A stretch of 43,168 bases of DNA, taken from positions 1 to 43,168 of IMG/VR virus record IMGVR_UViG_3300018875_000009; one strand, written 5' to 3'. Shown piece by piece: positions 23,609-32,877 of this stretch (position 1 is the stretch's first letter; each line of letters begins with the position of its first letter). This DNA comes from a virus. The notes beneath the pieces are model-generated. The model was not told where the DNA came from and searched no databases. It saw nothing but the letters and a program-made list of their open reading frames with translations. The position numbers and the translations under genes were made by a program.

Positions 23609-24069
23609 TCTGGGAATGCCTCCTGTGTGATTTCGTCAATGCGACGCATGTACTCTTCGATAAGCTCAGGCCCCTTCTCCCGGATCGTGGGGTGAAGGAA
23701 GTAGCCAGGACCGCCGGACCAACCCGAGAATTGGTTTCCTCGCCAGGGGCGGAAACCTCGGGCGATTCGGCCCGTGCGCGTTCTCGTCGTTGCGCCGAAC
23801 TCGGCCCCGAGGGCGTACGGCTTTCTCGCCGAACCGAGGCGAACGGCCGCATAGTTCTGCGTCTTCGTCGCCCGGAGGGATTCCGCCGCCGCCCTTTGCT
23901 GGCGGGTGAGGCCGGCGGCCTTCGTCTTGGCCGCATCCGTGAGCTTGTCGGCGACGTTGAAGTTCGCCTGTTTCACTTCATCGCGTAGACCGTCAGCACC
24001 GATCCGCGCGAGAGCGCGGGTGAACTGAGCTAGCCCTTCGACGTTCGCGGCATAGCCGTGCGTGGGCAT
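23605..24069 (-). CDS. Virion structural protein (possibly HK97-gp10-like tail component)
   Basis: 154 aa, between the major tail and chaperone genes. The dispersed motif lies 13 nt upstream of its ATG. Confidence 0.45.
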   Translation of the reverse strand: MPTHGYAANVEGLAQFTRALARIGADGLRDEVKQANFNVADKLTDAAKTKAAGLTRQQRAAAESLRATKTQNYAAVRLGSARKPYALGAEFGATTRTRTGRIARGFRPWRGNQFSGWSGGPGYFLHPTIREKGPELIEEYMRRIDEITQEAFPE

Positions 24070-24082
24070 AGCTCAGCTCCCC

Positions 24083-24100
24083 TTTTCAAATGACACCTTC
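24083..24100 (-). repeat. Minus-strand copy of the dispersed motif (GAAGGTGTCATTTGAAAA)
   Basis: The reverse complement of 24083-24100 was read directly. Sits between the major-tail stop and the next start. Confidence 0.75.
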
Positions 24101-24120
24101 AGGGCAAAAGAAGAGAGCCC

Positions 24121-25089
24121 TTAGACAATCGCCTTGTAGGTAATGGTGACCGGCGAAGCGGTACCGTCCGTAAGCGCGATACCGGAAAGGTCATGCTCGA
24201 CCACTTCCATCCCGCCCACGGTGACCGGGCCTTCATCGAACCGCGCGAACGGCATTTCGACCTTGACCTGAGAACCGTCCGGCCCATCCCAAAGAACCGT
24301 TATGTTGGCGACAGCCCCACTCGCGATGGCCGCAGCAACACGGTTCGCGTGAGCCGTCCCACTGAACTCGCCCTTGATCGACCACTCATACTTGCGAAGC
24401 TCGGACTCCAGCGGTTCAGCCTTCATGCCGCTAGACCGGATGAAGTACCGGTCATCCTTCAGGCCGTTGGTCGCCTTCAGCGAGAAGTCGGAGATATCGA
24501 AGTTCGAGCCGCCCACGGTGACCGTTCCGCCACCGAAGCTGAAGAGCTTCGTGTTCGGGACGAAGGTAGGAACCGCCAGGGCGTACGCGCCCGTACCCTC
24601 GCCGATCGTCTCCTTAGCGAAGTCGCACGTCACGGTGAGGTTCAGAAGCTCGTCAACGGCGTTCGCAAGCTCCCATTCCTTGACCTTGCCACCTTGGTAG
24701 GTGAACGGGATCTTCGCGCCCGTGTTGTCGACTCGGCCAACCTGAGCCGTGAAGCTCTTCCCGTTCAGGTCCCCGAGGGTGGCCGTGTACGTGGTGAAGC
24801 CCCCCGAGGGAGCGCCGGCCGTGACCGTGCCCATCATGTGCTTCAGCCAGAAGTCGAAGCCCCCGGAAAGAACCTCCATCTTCACGTCACCCTCGGCCCC
24901 CTTGGGGTTCGGGGCGAAGCGGTCACTGCGAAGAACGCGGGTGCCCGCTCGAATCGCCTCACTGTCGATTCGCTCGTACTTGCCCTCAATGCCTTCGTCG
25001 GTGAACTCGAAGAACTTCGTAGGGGCAACCGCAGTGCCGTAGGTCGACTCGTCGGCAACGCCAAAGTATGCGTCGTGAATGGTGGCCAT
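24121..25089 (-). CDS. Major tail protein
   Basis: 322 aa, in the position upstream of the chaperones and TMP. Composition typical of siphovirus tail-tube proteins. Confidence 0.7.
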   Translation of the reverse strand: MATIHDAYFGVADESTYGTAVAPTKFFEFTDEGIEGKYERIDSEAIRAGTRVLRSDRFAPNPKGAEGDVKMEVLSGGFDFWLKHMMGTVTAGAPSGGFTTYTATLGDLNGKSFTAQVGRVDNTGAKIPFTYQGGKVKEWELANAVDELLNLTVTCDFAKETIGEGTGAYALAVPTFVPNTKLFSFGGGTVTVGGSNFDISDFSLKATNGLKDDRYFIRSSGMKAEPLESELRKYEWSIKGEFSGTAHANRVAAAIASGAVANITVLWDGPDGSQVKVEMPFARFDEGPVTVGGMEVVEHDLSGIALTDGTASPVTITYKAIV

Positions 25090-25253
25090 TACTTAGCCGT
25101 CTCCTTCTTCGCCTTGATCTCCTGCCACCCCTGGCGAAGAAGCGCCTGGGCAACGTCGTCCGCGACCTCGATAGGGTCGCCCTTCTCGGCGGTAAGACCC
25201 AGCGAGGGAACCTCTACCGCCGAATAAGGCCCGTTGTAAGCAACGGTCTTCAC
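25089..25253 (-). CDS. Hypothetical small protein (54 aa; below the ORF-track cutoff)
   Basis: GTG start overlaps the upstream stop. TAATG overlap with the major tail start. High GC3. Confidence 0.45.
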   Translation of the reverse strand: MKTVAYNGPYSAVEVPSLGLTAEKGDPIEVADDVAQALLRQGWQEIKAKKETAK

Positions 25254-25675
25254 TACAGCCTCGCCTTCACGCGAACTACAGCCTCGAACTGGCCTTCATA
25301 GACCTGATCCGAGGGGAAGCTAGTGAGCTTCTTAGGAACGAAGTCCGACGTAACGACGGACTGAATACCGAGATTGGGGTTGGCCTTCATGCCGTCCTCG
25401 ATACCGGCGGCCATGCGCTGAAGCTCCATCTCGACTTCTTCCGAAGTCGCCCCCGAGAGCTGACAGTTCACGATCACGCTGACTTCGAAGACCTCTTCAC
25501 GGCTTCGGTTCGTCACCCACTGGGAATCCGGCCACTGAACTTCACCCACGAACACCCAACGGCGTTCGGGGTTCCTGGTCGGGTAGCCCCAGGTGACTTG
25601 ATAACCGGCAAGCGCCGGAAGGCCCTTGATCATGCCGCGAAGCGCGGCCTTCACCGCGAAAGCGTTAGTGCTCAC
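25253..25675 (-). CDS. Head-tail connector / tail terminator-like protein
   Basis: 140 aa. GTGA coupling. Position between the head and tail genes. Confidence 0.5.
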   Translation of the reverse strand: MSTNAFAVKAALRGMIKGLPALAGYQVTWGYPTRNPERRWVFVGEVQWPDSQWVTNRSREEVFEVSVIVNCQLSGATSEEVEMELQRMAAGIEDGMKANPNLGIQSVVTSDFVPKKLTSFPSDQVYEGQFEAVVRVKARL

Positions 25676-26526
25676 CGGGCCACCCCGAACACGTCATAGA
25701 AAATGCCGTACTTGTAGCGCTTCAGAACCGCGTCGACTTCGGGAATCCCCGTCTCGTAGCCGTTCCGGCCAGGGGTAGCCAAGGTGAAATTCCCGCCCTC
25801 GGCGGCCACAAAGGCGGTAGCCCTGTCCGGGATACCGCTTCTCTCGGCGGTCAGTACCGAGCGAAGCCGCAGCAGACCGGCTCGCTTCGCGTCCTCGGGG
25901 ACCTGGGCGAAGCCGTAGGTGAACGTCACCCAGTACGTAGCGCCGTCTTCCAGCTCGTACGGAGCGCGAAGGAAGCCCGTAGGGTCAACGGACCAACCGG
26001 CCAGGTCCACGGCCCCAGAGGGGCCAGTCACGGCCCCAGAGGGGCCTTCCACGGCCTTCAGGGCGGTCACATCGAAGTACCCCAGGAACACGCTCGCCGT
26101 ACCGTCGCCCAGCACTCCCACGCGCACGGTCCGGGGGACGAACGAACGGCCAGTGATTCGCTCGAACTCGTCTTCAACCACTTCCCGGTAGTGCTTCAGC
26201 TCGGCCGTGGGGAAGCGGGCCGAGTCCTCAAGGTCCATGTCCGACGCGCGAGCCTCGGGCAGCGTGAACAGGAAGCCCCCGACTACCTCGAAGGTCTCCC
26301 GGTCGACCGCCAGGCCGGCCGCCGTCCAGTCGACCGTGTAAACGCCCTCCGGCTGTGCCGGAAGGGTGACCGCCCACTCATCCCCCGAGCTGGTCGCCGC
26401 ACCCGTGTAAACGGTCCGCCCCGAGGCGTCCCGCACGGTCACCGACACGGCAGGGACAGTCATAGGCGACTCGTCGTCAAGGAAGGTGTGCGTCAGCTTG
26501 ACGGCCCTACCGCTCAGAAACCGCAC
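25672..26526 (-). CDS. Head-tail adaptor-like structural protein (contains a 7-aa tandem duplication)
   Basis: 284 aa, in the position after the capsid gene. GPSGAVT-GPSGAVD is encoded by a 21-bp tandem repeat. Confidence 0.5.
   Translation of the reverse strand: MRFLSGRAVKLTHTFLDDESPMTVPAVSVTVRDASGRTVYTGAATSSGDEWAVTLPAQPEGVYTVDWTAAGLAVDRETFEVVGGFLFTLPEARASDMDLEDSARFPTAELKHYREVVEDEFERITGRSFVPRTVRVGVLGDGTASVFLGYFDVTALKAVEGPSGAVTGPSGAVDLAGWSVDPTGFLRAPYELEDGATYWVTFTYGFAQVPEDAKRAGLLRLRSVLTAERSGIPDRATAFVAAEGGNFTLATPGRNGYETGIPEVDAVLKRYKYGIFYDVFGVAR
26008..26049. repeat. 21-bp in-frame tandem repeat x2 (CACGGCCCCAGAGGGGCCAGT / ...TTC), plus a 7-nt partial third copy
   Basis: Read directly. Confidence 0.85.
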
Positions 26527-26535
26527 AGTGCCCCC

Positions 26536-26754
26536 TTACGCGGCCTTCCGCGGCCTACCCGGACCGCGCTTCTCGGGGGCCGCAGAAGCGGCCGTCTCGC
26601 GCTTCTCTGCGGCCGTCTCCGCGACAGCCTCGGCGCGCTTGTCATTGATCAGCGACAGGGCGAGACCCGCAGGAAGCTCGACCTCTTCGCCCACAGCAGG
26701 GAACGGCGCTCCATCGAGAAGCCCCGAACCGTTCTCAAGAATGCGAACCTTCAT
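26536..26754 (-). CDS. Hypothetical head-associated protein (72 aa)
   Basis: ATG-started ORF between the capsid and adaptor-like genes. High GC3. Confidence 0.5.
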   Translation of the reverse strand: MKVRILENGSGLLDGAPFPAVGEEVELPAGLALSLINDKRAEAVAETAAEKRETAASAAPEKRGPGRPRKAA

Positions 26755-26780
26755 AACCTCAACTCCGGTAGGGAATGACC

Positions 26781-26808
26781 GAGGGGCCGCCCCGAAGGGC
26801 GGCCCCTC
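26781..26808 (-). terminator. Strong hairpin just after the major capsid gene (possible partial terminator or mRNA stabiliser)
   Basis: 11-bp stem GAGGGGCCGCC / GGCGGCCCCTC. No T-tract. Confidence 0.45.
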
Positions 26809-26815
26809 AAGCCGC

Positions 26816-28000
26816 TTACGCGGTAACGGTCAGAGCCTTGACGGAAGCCAGGTCGAACAGGTCGCCGGAACCGCGCCAGGTGACCTTGAACGCAACCACG
26901 TCCCGGTCGTAGCCGTACTCATCCGAGCGGACAACCCGAAGCGACTTCACCTGACGAATCAGGTACTTCGACGGGTCGCCGTAGACGAGAACCTTCGCGC
27001 CAGCCCCGGAGGTGACCACGTTCGGGTCAGTCATGATCGGGGTGCCAAGGATCGTGTCCGGGGCACCAGCGGTAAGCGCCGGCTGCCAAATGTAGTTACC
27101 GGTGCTGTCCTTCAGCTTCCGCAGGTTCCGAATAGCCGTGTCGGAAGTCATGAAGACCGCGTTCCGGCGGTACGGCTTCAGAATCGAGTGCTGAAGGTCG
27201 ATCAGGTTGTCAGTCGAAACGCTCGCCAGGTCGGCAGCGTTCACCGCGCCGGTAGAACGGGTGATCCAGCCGAAGGGCTTACCAGCGCCGTCCCCGACCA
27301 GAAGATCGGCCATGACCTTATCGGCGACAGCCTCGCCCGCGTCCTCGGCGAGAATGCCGAGGATGTCAAGCTGAGAGTCATCGACAATTTCCTGAGTCGC
27401 CTCAACGATGACGCCGTACTTGTACGAACCGATATTCGTCTTCGTCCAAGAACCGTCGCTCTTACCGTACGGAGTGTTCTCCGCAACCTGAGCGGCGGTC
27501 GGGCGACCGTTCTTCACCGGGTACTCAAGCGTCTCACCCGAAGCCGTGGTGAGGGTACGGGCCTTCGAGAAGAAGTCGGACCGAACCCGCATAGCTTCGA
27601 TGACCTGAGCGACGAAGGTAGTCGCGTAGGTGTTGCCCGCGTTCGCAGCGTTACCGCTGGTCGCGGTGCGAAGGTCGAAGTCGACACCCGGCAGCTCACC
27701 GCGCGCCACCGCGCGCAGCTCGGCCGCCTCATCGCGCTCGCCCTGGCGGGCCTCGGGAGTACCGGGCAGCACCAGGCCGCCGGCCCTCTCCGCCAGAGAA
27801 CGAACCTCGGCCTCACGCTCGCCACGCTCGACAGCCTCTCGGGCCTCAACCTCCAGGGCTCGAACGTCAGCGTCGATACGCTCGACGCGCTCGCGCTTCT
27901 CGGCCTCGGAAAGACCGGTGTCAGTCTCGACCGAACGAAGCTCGGCAATCAGATCGGCCCGCTTCTCCAGCGCGGCCTTAGCAACGGACGCGAAGTCCAT
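26816..28000 (-). CDS. Major capsid protein (HK97-fold type) with an N-terminal coiled-coil delta-like region
   Basis: 394 aa, after the protease gene. Charged Ala/Glu/Arg-rich N-terminal 100 aa, then a typical capsid body. Confidence 0.88.
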   Translation of the reverse strand: MDFASVAKAALEKRADLIAELRSVETDTGLSEAEKRERVERIDADVRALEVEAREAVERGEREAEVRSLAERAGGLVLPGTPEARQGERDEAAELRAVARGELPGVDFDLRTATSGNAANAGNTYATTFVAQVIEAMRVRSDFFSKARTLTTASGETLEYPVKNGRPTAAQVAENTPYGKSDGSWTKTNIGSYKYGVIVEATQEIVDDSQLDILGILAEDAGEAVADKVMADLLVGDGAGKPFGWITRSTGAVNAADLASVSTDNLIDLQHSILKPYRRNAVFMTSDTAIRNLRKLKDSTGNYIWQPALTAGAPDTILGTPIMTDPNVVTSGAGAKVLVYGDPSKYLIRQVKSLRVVRSDEYGYDRDVVAFKVTWRGSGDLFDLASVKALTVTA

Positions 28001-28004
28001 GAAC

Positions 28005-28022
28005 GCTCCAAATGATAGTTTC
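28005..28022 (-). repeat. Minus-strand copy of the dispersed motif (GAAACTATCATTTGGAGC), 5-6 nt upstream of the capsid ATG
   Basis: The reverse complement was read directly. Its GGAG doubles as the capsid SD. Confidence 0.8.
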
Positions 28023-28029
28023 AGATCTG

Positions 28030-28716
28030 CTAGAAGCGACGAAGAGCCGCGAGAGCCGCCACCGGATCGGTAGGAAGCTCGTAACGGGGAAAAGCGGTCC
28101 GCGCTTCAGTCGTGAGCGCCGGAACCTCGACTTCGCCCCGAATAGCGGCCCGGATCGCTTCCGGCGAATCCAGCCGCGCAACAGAAAGCCCGCGCTTCTC
28201 GGCCAGAAGCTCAAGCGCACGGGCACCGACCCCCGAAGTGGAATCGGCGTAGGCCGGGTAAGTCACCGGCGAGACATCGAACAGGGCGATCTTCTGAAGG
28301 GTGCGAAGCGGAAACCCGTCTTCGTCCTCGGCCCAGTGATCACCCTCGGGGCCGGAAGTCTTGAAGCCAAACGAAGACTGAGAAACGTCCCCGCGTTCCA
28401 TGGCCGTTGCCAGATCACGCGCATAAGTCGTGTCGGGCATGTCGACTTCGTAATGAAGACCTTCCGTGTCCTCGGAGAGCCGCAGCGTTCCGCTTCGGTT
28501 CCGGCCGAGGATCAGGTTCGGGTCATGATTGAACAGGGCGCGGATGTCATCCCGCCCGATGCTTTCGCTAGTCGCCCCCTGGGCGACACGCTCACGGAAT
28601 CCCCCGAGGTTCGAGGAACGGGCATCCCACTTCAGCGCGTAACCGTAGAAGTTGAACTTCCCGCCCTCGGATCGAACCTCGAACTCCGTAGGGACGGCCC
28701 TACGCTCCATCTGCAT
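28030..28716 (-). CDS. Prohead (capsid maturation) protease, HK97 family
   Basis: FEVRSEGGKFNFYGYALKWDARSSNLGGFRERV... N-terminus. ATG 28716 follows SD GAAGGACG (the ORF track allows 28788, inside portal). Confidence 0.8.
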   Translation of the reverse strand: MQMERRAVPTEFEVRSEGGKFNFYGYALKWDARSSNLGGFRERVAQGATSESIGRDDIRALFNHDPNLILGRNRSGTLRLSEDTEGLHYEVDMPDTTYARDLATAMERGDVSQSSFGFKTSGPEGDHWAEDEDGFPLRTLQKIALFDVSPVTYPAYADSTSGVGARALELLAEKRGLSVARLDSPEAIRAAIRGEVEVPALTTEARTAFPRYELPTDPVAALAALRRF

Positions 28717-30046
28717 TCTTGTCGTCCTTCTGATCCGTGCCGTTCGGGTCCTGTTGTGCGTTTGGGTCCGCGTTCGGATCAGGGGCAACCGGTGCAGCCG
28801 GCGGGGCCTGGGGAGGCTGATTCGCCTCGGCCTTCTTCGCTTCCTTGTCTTCGTCGCCTACGACGCCGAGGTTCAAGGGCCGGTAGTAACGCTGGCCGAG
28901 CTTCTTCGGAAGCGGGGCCAGGTCTTCCATAGCGCGAATCTCGTCCGCGTTCAGGAAGCCGTTATTGAGCGCGACCTGATAAGCCTCGTAACGATCCTTC
29001 GTCTTCGCTCGAAGTCGAGCGTCCACGTTGAACCGGATGTACTGAAGGCCAGGAAGAAGGAACGTCGATACCGCCTGTTCGATACGAACGATCCACGGCA
29101 TTAGCGTCTGGTCCACGAAGAACTTGTTTTGCTCTTCGATACCGGTTCCCCAGGTCGAGCTAACCGAGGAGTCGACCAGATACGCGGGCACGCGGTACAG
29201 AAGCGCAATCTCGGTCTTCTGGAACTTCCGCGTTTCGAGGAACTGAGCCTGTTCCGGGGAAAGCGTGATCGGCTTGAACTGAGCCCCGCCCGTAAGGACG
29301 CCAACGCTGTGACTGTTCTTCACACCCGCGTGCGTCTTCCGGAACATGTCCCGCAGAAGCCGGGCTTCGTCCGGCCTCGGGGTTCCCGGATGCTCGATGA
29401 CGCCGGCCATCGTGGTTCCCTGTTCAAAGAACCGTGATCCGAACTCTTCAGCCACAAGCCCCAGGCCGATAGCCTCTCTGGCCACGTCGATAGGCGACAG
29501 ACCGCGACTAGTGCCGGGAACTGTGAACGCCGGGATATGAAGGATCTGCGACCTGTCGAGAACGCCCTGAATGGCGCCCTGGTCGTCGCTCACCTCATAC
29601 CGGTTGTCGCCGAGCGGGCCGTCAAGGATGGTGACGTACTGCGGGTGAATGCAGTACAGGGCGACCACTTCGCCCCGGTCGTTCCGCAGGGTGTAGATGA
29701 ACGCGTTTCCGTCAGTCAGAAGACTGATGATCACGCGGAACCAAAACTCGTAAGAGGTTTGGAAGGGGTTCGGCTGTCGAATCCACCGAGGGGACCGGAC
29801 CGGATCGAACGTTTCCTTCCGGCCGTTTATCTTCGTGTAGTGGTCGACCGGCAGGGACGCCACGGCATCCGCAATGAGCGATTGGCAGGCGTATACGGCC
29901 ACCATCTGAAGACTGTTCCGGCGGGTGACCTTCCGGCCCGAAGCCGTACGGAGAAAGCCCGTGGACTCTACGTCCCGTTCCCAATCGGAAGCCAGGCCCG
30001 ACATAGCCGCGCGAACCTCGGAACCGATGCGTGTAAACAGGCTCAC
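28700..30046 (-). CDS. Portal protein
   Basis: 448 aa between terL and the protease. GTGA coupling. Acidic/Pro-rich C-terminus. Confidence 0.88.
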   Translation of the reverse strand: MSLFTRIGSEVRAAMSGLASDWERDVESTGFLRTASGRKVTRRNSLQMVAVYACQSLIADAVASLPVDHYTKINGRKETFDPVRSPRWIRQPNPFQTSYEFWFRVIISLLTDGNAFIYTLRNDRGEVVALYCIHPQYVTILDGPLGDNRYEVSDDQGAIQGVLDRSQILHIPAFTVPGTSRGLSPIDVAREAIGLGLVAEEFGSRFFEQGTTMAGVIEHPGTPRPDEARLLRDMFRKTHAGVKNSHSVGVLTGGAQFKPITLSPEQAQFLETRKFQKTEIALLYRVPAYLVDSSVSSTWGTGIEEQNKFFVDQTLMPWIVRIEQAVSTFLLPGLQYIRFNVDARLRAKTKDRYEAYQVALNNGFLNADEIRAMEDLAPLPKKLGQRYYRPLNLGVVGDEDKEAKKAEANQPPQAPPAAPVAPDPNADPNAQQDPNGTDQKDDKNADGA

Positions 30047-30234
30047 GACCGCTTACCCCCGTCCGCCGCGTAACCGATAAGCCCGAGGCACACGGCCACT
30101 GCGAAATGCCCGAGAGGGCGCGCAACGTCGTAGGCAGCAACGGCAATGAAGCCGAGACTGCCCACCTGAAAGACGTTCGGGACAAACGAATTAGCGACCG
30201 ACCGGAGGGAGCGGCCCACGTTGGGCCGGTCCAT
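30043..30234 (-). CDS. Small membrane protein (63 aa)
   Basis: AGGAG SD. Two hydrophobic segments. Sits between terL and portal. Confidence 0.5.
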   Translation of the reverse strand: MDRPNVGRSLRSVANSFVPNVFQVGSLGFIAVAAYDVARPLGHFAVAVCLGLIGYAADGGKRS

Positions 30235-30241
30235 GAATCTC

Positions 30242-31981
30242 CTAATCGTCGTCTTCTAGGAAGTAATCCCTCTGCCGCACGGCAGGAGTAAGAAGGGCTT
30301 CCAACTCGGAATCCGAATACTCTTCGTTGAAGTTCACGAAGGTCACATGAACTTCCTCTTCCGCCGGAAGAGCAGTGAGGAAGAAGGCGTTAGCCAATGC
30401 GGCGATACCGTCGATCTTCTCGCCGCTCTTCGCCTTCGAAGGCTTGACCAATCCGTCACCGGTCACGTCAAGCTCGACGTTGTCAGCCATCCACCGAAGG
30501 ACAGGGTGGCCGCCGTGGTGCAAGCCACGGGCCGCCAAAGCCGATTCGATGGCCTTACACGGATCGTTCAACCTGGCCGCAGACTGAGGCACCTTCACAG
30601 CCGTAAGGCCGTGTTCCTCAAGCTCGTTCACAAGCTGAGTCGCGTTCCACGGGTCATAGCCGAAGAAGCGGATACGGAAGTCTTCAGCGTCCTTCGCGAC
30701 GTGCCGGAAGATGGCCTTGAAGTCCGTTGTCGGACCCTCGGTCACCGTAAGAAAGCCTTCGCGCTCCCAGACCTCGAACGAAGTCTTCATGGCGCTTCGC
30801 TTCTCGACCGCCGGCCGAGGAACCCAGAAGTGCGGAAGAACCGTCCAGCCGTCCGCGTCCGGGTCGGTCGGCGAACCGGGGAACAGGAGAACCCAGGCGT
30901 TGAAGTCGCCCGTGGCGGCCAAGTCGATACCCGCATAGCAGGGGCGACCCTTCAGCTGTTCCCGGTTGACCTTCGCGGCCCCGTTCTCGTCCCATAGGTG
31001 CATGTCGAGCCACCTGTTCGCCTGAGACACCCACTGATTCAGGCGGAACACCCGGAAGGCGTTCTGAGCCGTAGGCTTCTCGGCCGCTTCCATGGCTTCG
31101 GCCCGAAGGTTGTTGATGTTCAGGAAGGACCCGAGGGCGGGATTCGCCAGGTACCAACCCGTACCCTTCGGGTTCTTCGCCGAGGGCGGTTCGCCTTCGT
31201 CTTTCCAATCCCAGTCGTCCGGAACATTTCGCGCGAACACGAAACGGTTAGGGTCTAGGTTCTGATCCTCGCGAACACGAAGAGAATGTTCGTGCTCTTC
31301 GAGAGCGAAGGCCGCGGTTCGATATGCGGCCGTTGTCGCCGCAATCATGATCGGCTGTCGACGGGTACCGAAACCCTGACGCATGGCGTCCCAAAGGTGC
31401 CGGTCCCTCTGAGTCAGAACCTCATCGAACAGAACCATCGACGGGTTAGTTCCGAGGGCGCCGGCCGCGTCACCGGGCAACACCTGATAGAACGAATTCG
31501 TCTTCCGGTCGATGATCCGCTTCTTCGAGTCGATGATTTCGAGTCGCTTCGAGAGGATCGGGTTCAGCTCGACCATGCGCTTGGCGGTGTTGTAAACCAA
31601 CCCTGCCTGATCACGGTCAGCCGCAACCGAATAGACCTCGGCGGATTCCTCGAAGTCGCCGACCAACCCGAGAAGCGCGAACGCTGAAAGAAGTTCGCTC
31701 TTCCCGTTCTTGCGTGCCATCTCAATCCACGCAATGCGGTACTGACGAACGTATTCCTCGTACTGGTCATCCCACATGACCGTTCCGAAGAGCGGCCTTA
31801 CGATCTCGTCCTTCTGCCAAGGATCGAGAAGGAACGGGGCACCAGCGTGCCGACCCTTCGTGTGCACAATCAGCTTCTCAATGAAGTTGATAGCGTGCGC
31901 GGCCTTCTTCTCGTCATAGAGAAAGAAGCCTTCTCGCGCGTTCACCGGACCGAAGGGCGAGGGAACGATTCCGTCGTTCAC
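30242..31981 (-). CDS. terL: Terminase large subunit
   Basis: 579 aa. ATPase region (ARKNGKSEL Walker-A-like, VLFDE Walker-B-like) and a C-terminal nuclease region. Confidence 0.9.
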   Translation of the reverse strand: MNDGIVPSPFGPVNAREGFFLYDEKKAAHAINFIEKLIVHTKGRHAGAPFLLDPWQKDEIVRPLFGTVMWDDQYEEYVRQYRIAWIEMARKNGKSELLSAFALLGLVGDFEESAEVYSVAADRDQAGLVYNTAKRMVELNPILSKRLEIIDSKKRIIDRKTNSFYQVLPGDAAGALGTNPSMVLFDEVLTQRDRHLWDAMRQGFGTRRQPIMIAATTAAYRTAAFALEEHEHSLRVREDQNLDPNRFVFARNVPDDWDWKDEGEPPSAKNPKGTGWYLANPALGSFLNINNLRAEAMEAAEKPTAQNAFRVFRLNQWVSQANRWLDMHLWDENGAAKVNREQLKGRPCYAGIDLAATGDFNAWVLLFPGSPTDPDADGWTVLPHFWVPRPAVEKRSAMKTSFEVWEREGFLTVTEGPTTDFKAIFRHVAKDAEDFRIRFFGYDPWNATQLVNELEEHGLTAVKVPQSAARLNDPCKAIESALAARGLHHGGHPVLRWMADNVELDVTGDGLVKPSKAKSGEKIDGIAALANAFFLTALPAEEEVHVTFVNFNEEYSDSELEALLTPAVRQRDYFLEDDD

Positions 31982-32041
31982 TGGTCACCCCCGTTCCGTC
32001 GTCTTCGCATCACACAAAGACCGGTTAGGGCCGGGGAACCC

Positions 32042-32362
32042 TCACACGCGATTGCCCTTCGAGGAATTGCAGCCCAGGTGTGCAGCCTGGCAATTACTCT
32101 CGACGTGCCCCGGAGTGCCGGGGCCGTGGGAAAGGGGAACGATGTGGTCGAGCGAAGCGCTAAGAGGCTTCGGGAACCGAATCACCCGGTCGATAGGCTC
32201 GCCGCAGAGCTGACACCGCCACCCATCACGATTAAAAACCTTCGCCCTACTCACCTTCTCGTACGGAACTCCCCACTGATCACACCGACGCTTTATCGCG
32301 TACTCGCGACGCGACAACCAACCCGCCGGCCTACGCCTACGGCGCTTCTTCTTCACGGTCAC
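32042..32362 (-). CDS. HNH endonuclease
   Basis: CQLCGEPI...LDHIVPLSHGPG...SNCQAAHLGCNSSKGN. Confidence 0.8.
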   Translation of the reverse strand: MTVKKKRRRRRPAGWLSRREYAIKRRCDQWGVPYEKVSRAKVFNRDGWRCQLCGEPIDRVIRFPKPLSASLDHIVPLSHGPGTPGHVESNCQAAHLGCNSSKGNRV

Positions 32363-32370
32363 GGCAAGCC

Positions 32371-32637
32371 CTAGACGAAGGTCGGGTAAAGCCGCGCGTT
32401 CTCGGTAGTCGTCTCGCTGACAACGACCGAACCCGAGTAGTCGAGCGTTCGAGAGTTGAGCACGCGGCCAGGGTTCACCGCCGCGTACAGCGCGACCTTC
32501 GCGGCCATGTAGTCGCGCGCAACCTGATCAAGCTCCGGTGTCCGCTCAACGTCCGGAGAGAACGGGAAGACCTCGGAAGGAATGTCCTCGGCGAAGAAGA
32601 ACCGATACTCGCGGTTCGCGGTAGTCACCTGAGCCAT
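32371..32637 (-). CDS. Hypothetical protein (88 aa)
   Basis: ATG 32637 is preferred, because the ORF-track start at 32673 directly abuts the tRNA gene (32674-32748) and leaves no room for an SD or promoter. Confidence 0.45.
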   Translation of the reverse strand: MAQVTTANREYRFFFAEDIPSEVFPFSPDVERTPELDQVARDYMAAKVALYAAVNPGRVLNSRTLDYSGSVVVSETTTENARLYPTFV

Positions 32638-32673
32638 GGATGAACCCCAATCAGGGAAGACGTGTAAACGCAT

Positions 32674-32748
32674 TGGGGCGCACTGCGGGATTCGAACCCG
32701 CGACGCCTCCCGGAAGGGGAGGAGTTTTAGCCGCTAAACTAAGTGCGC
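32674..32748 (-). tRNA. tRNA-Glu(UUC)-like gene with a non-canonical anticodon loop (CCUUCCG) and an encoded CCA
   Basis: Hand-folded cloverleaf: acceptor GCGCACU/AGUGCGC, D arm GUUU-AGCGGCUA-AAAC, anticodon arm CCUCC-CCUUCCG-GGAGG, T arm GCGGG-UUCGAAU-CCCGC. Confidence 0.6.
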
Positions 32749-32804
32749 GTTCCCTCCGTCAGGTGATCAGCCCGAGTTTCAGGAACAGGGGAGCTACCCC
32801 ACTG

Positions 32805-32877
32805 TGGGAACGGAGGGAATCGAACCCCCGACGCACCGGATTTCACCCGGTAGCTCTTCCGACTGAGCTACGTTCCC
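32805..32877 (-). tRNA. tRNA-Phe(GAA)
   Basis: Hand-folded cloverleaf: acceptor GGGAACG/CGUUCCC, D arm GCUC-AGUCGGAA-GAGC, anticodon arm ACCGG-GUGAAAU-CCGGU, T arm GGGGG-UUCGAUU-CCCUC. No encoded CCA. Confidence 0.8.
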
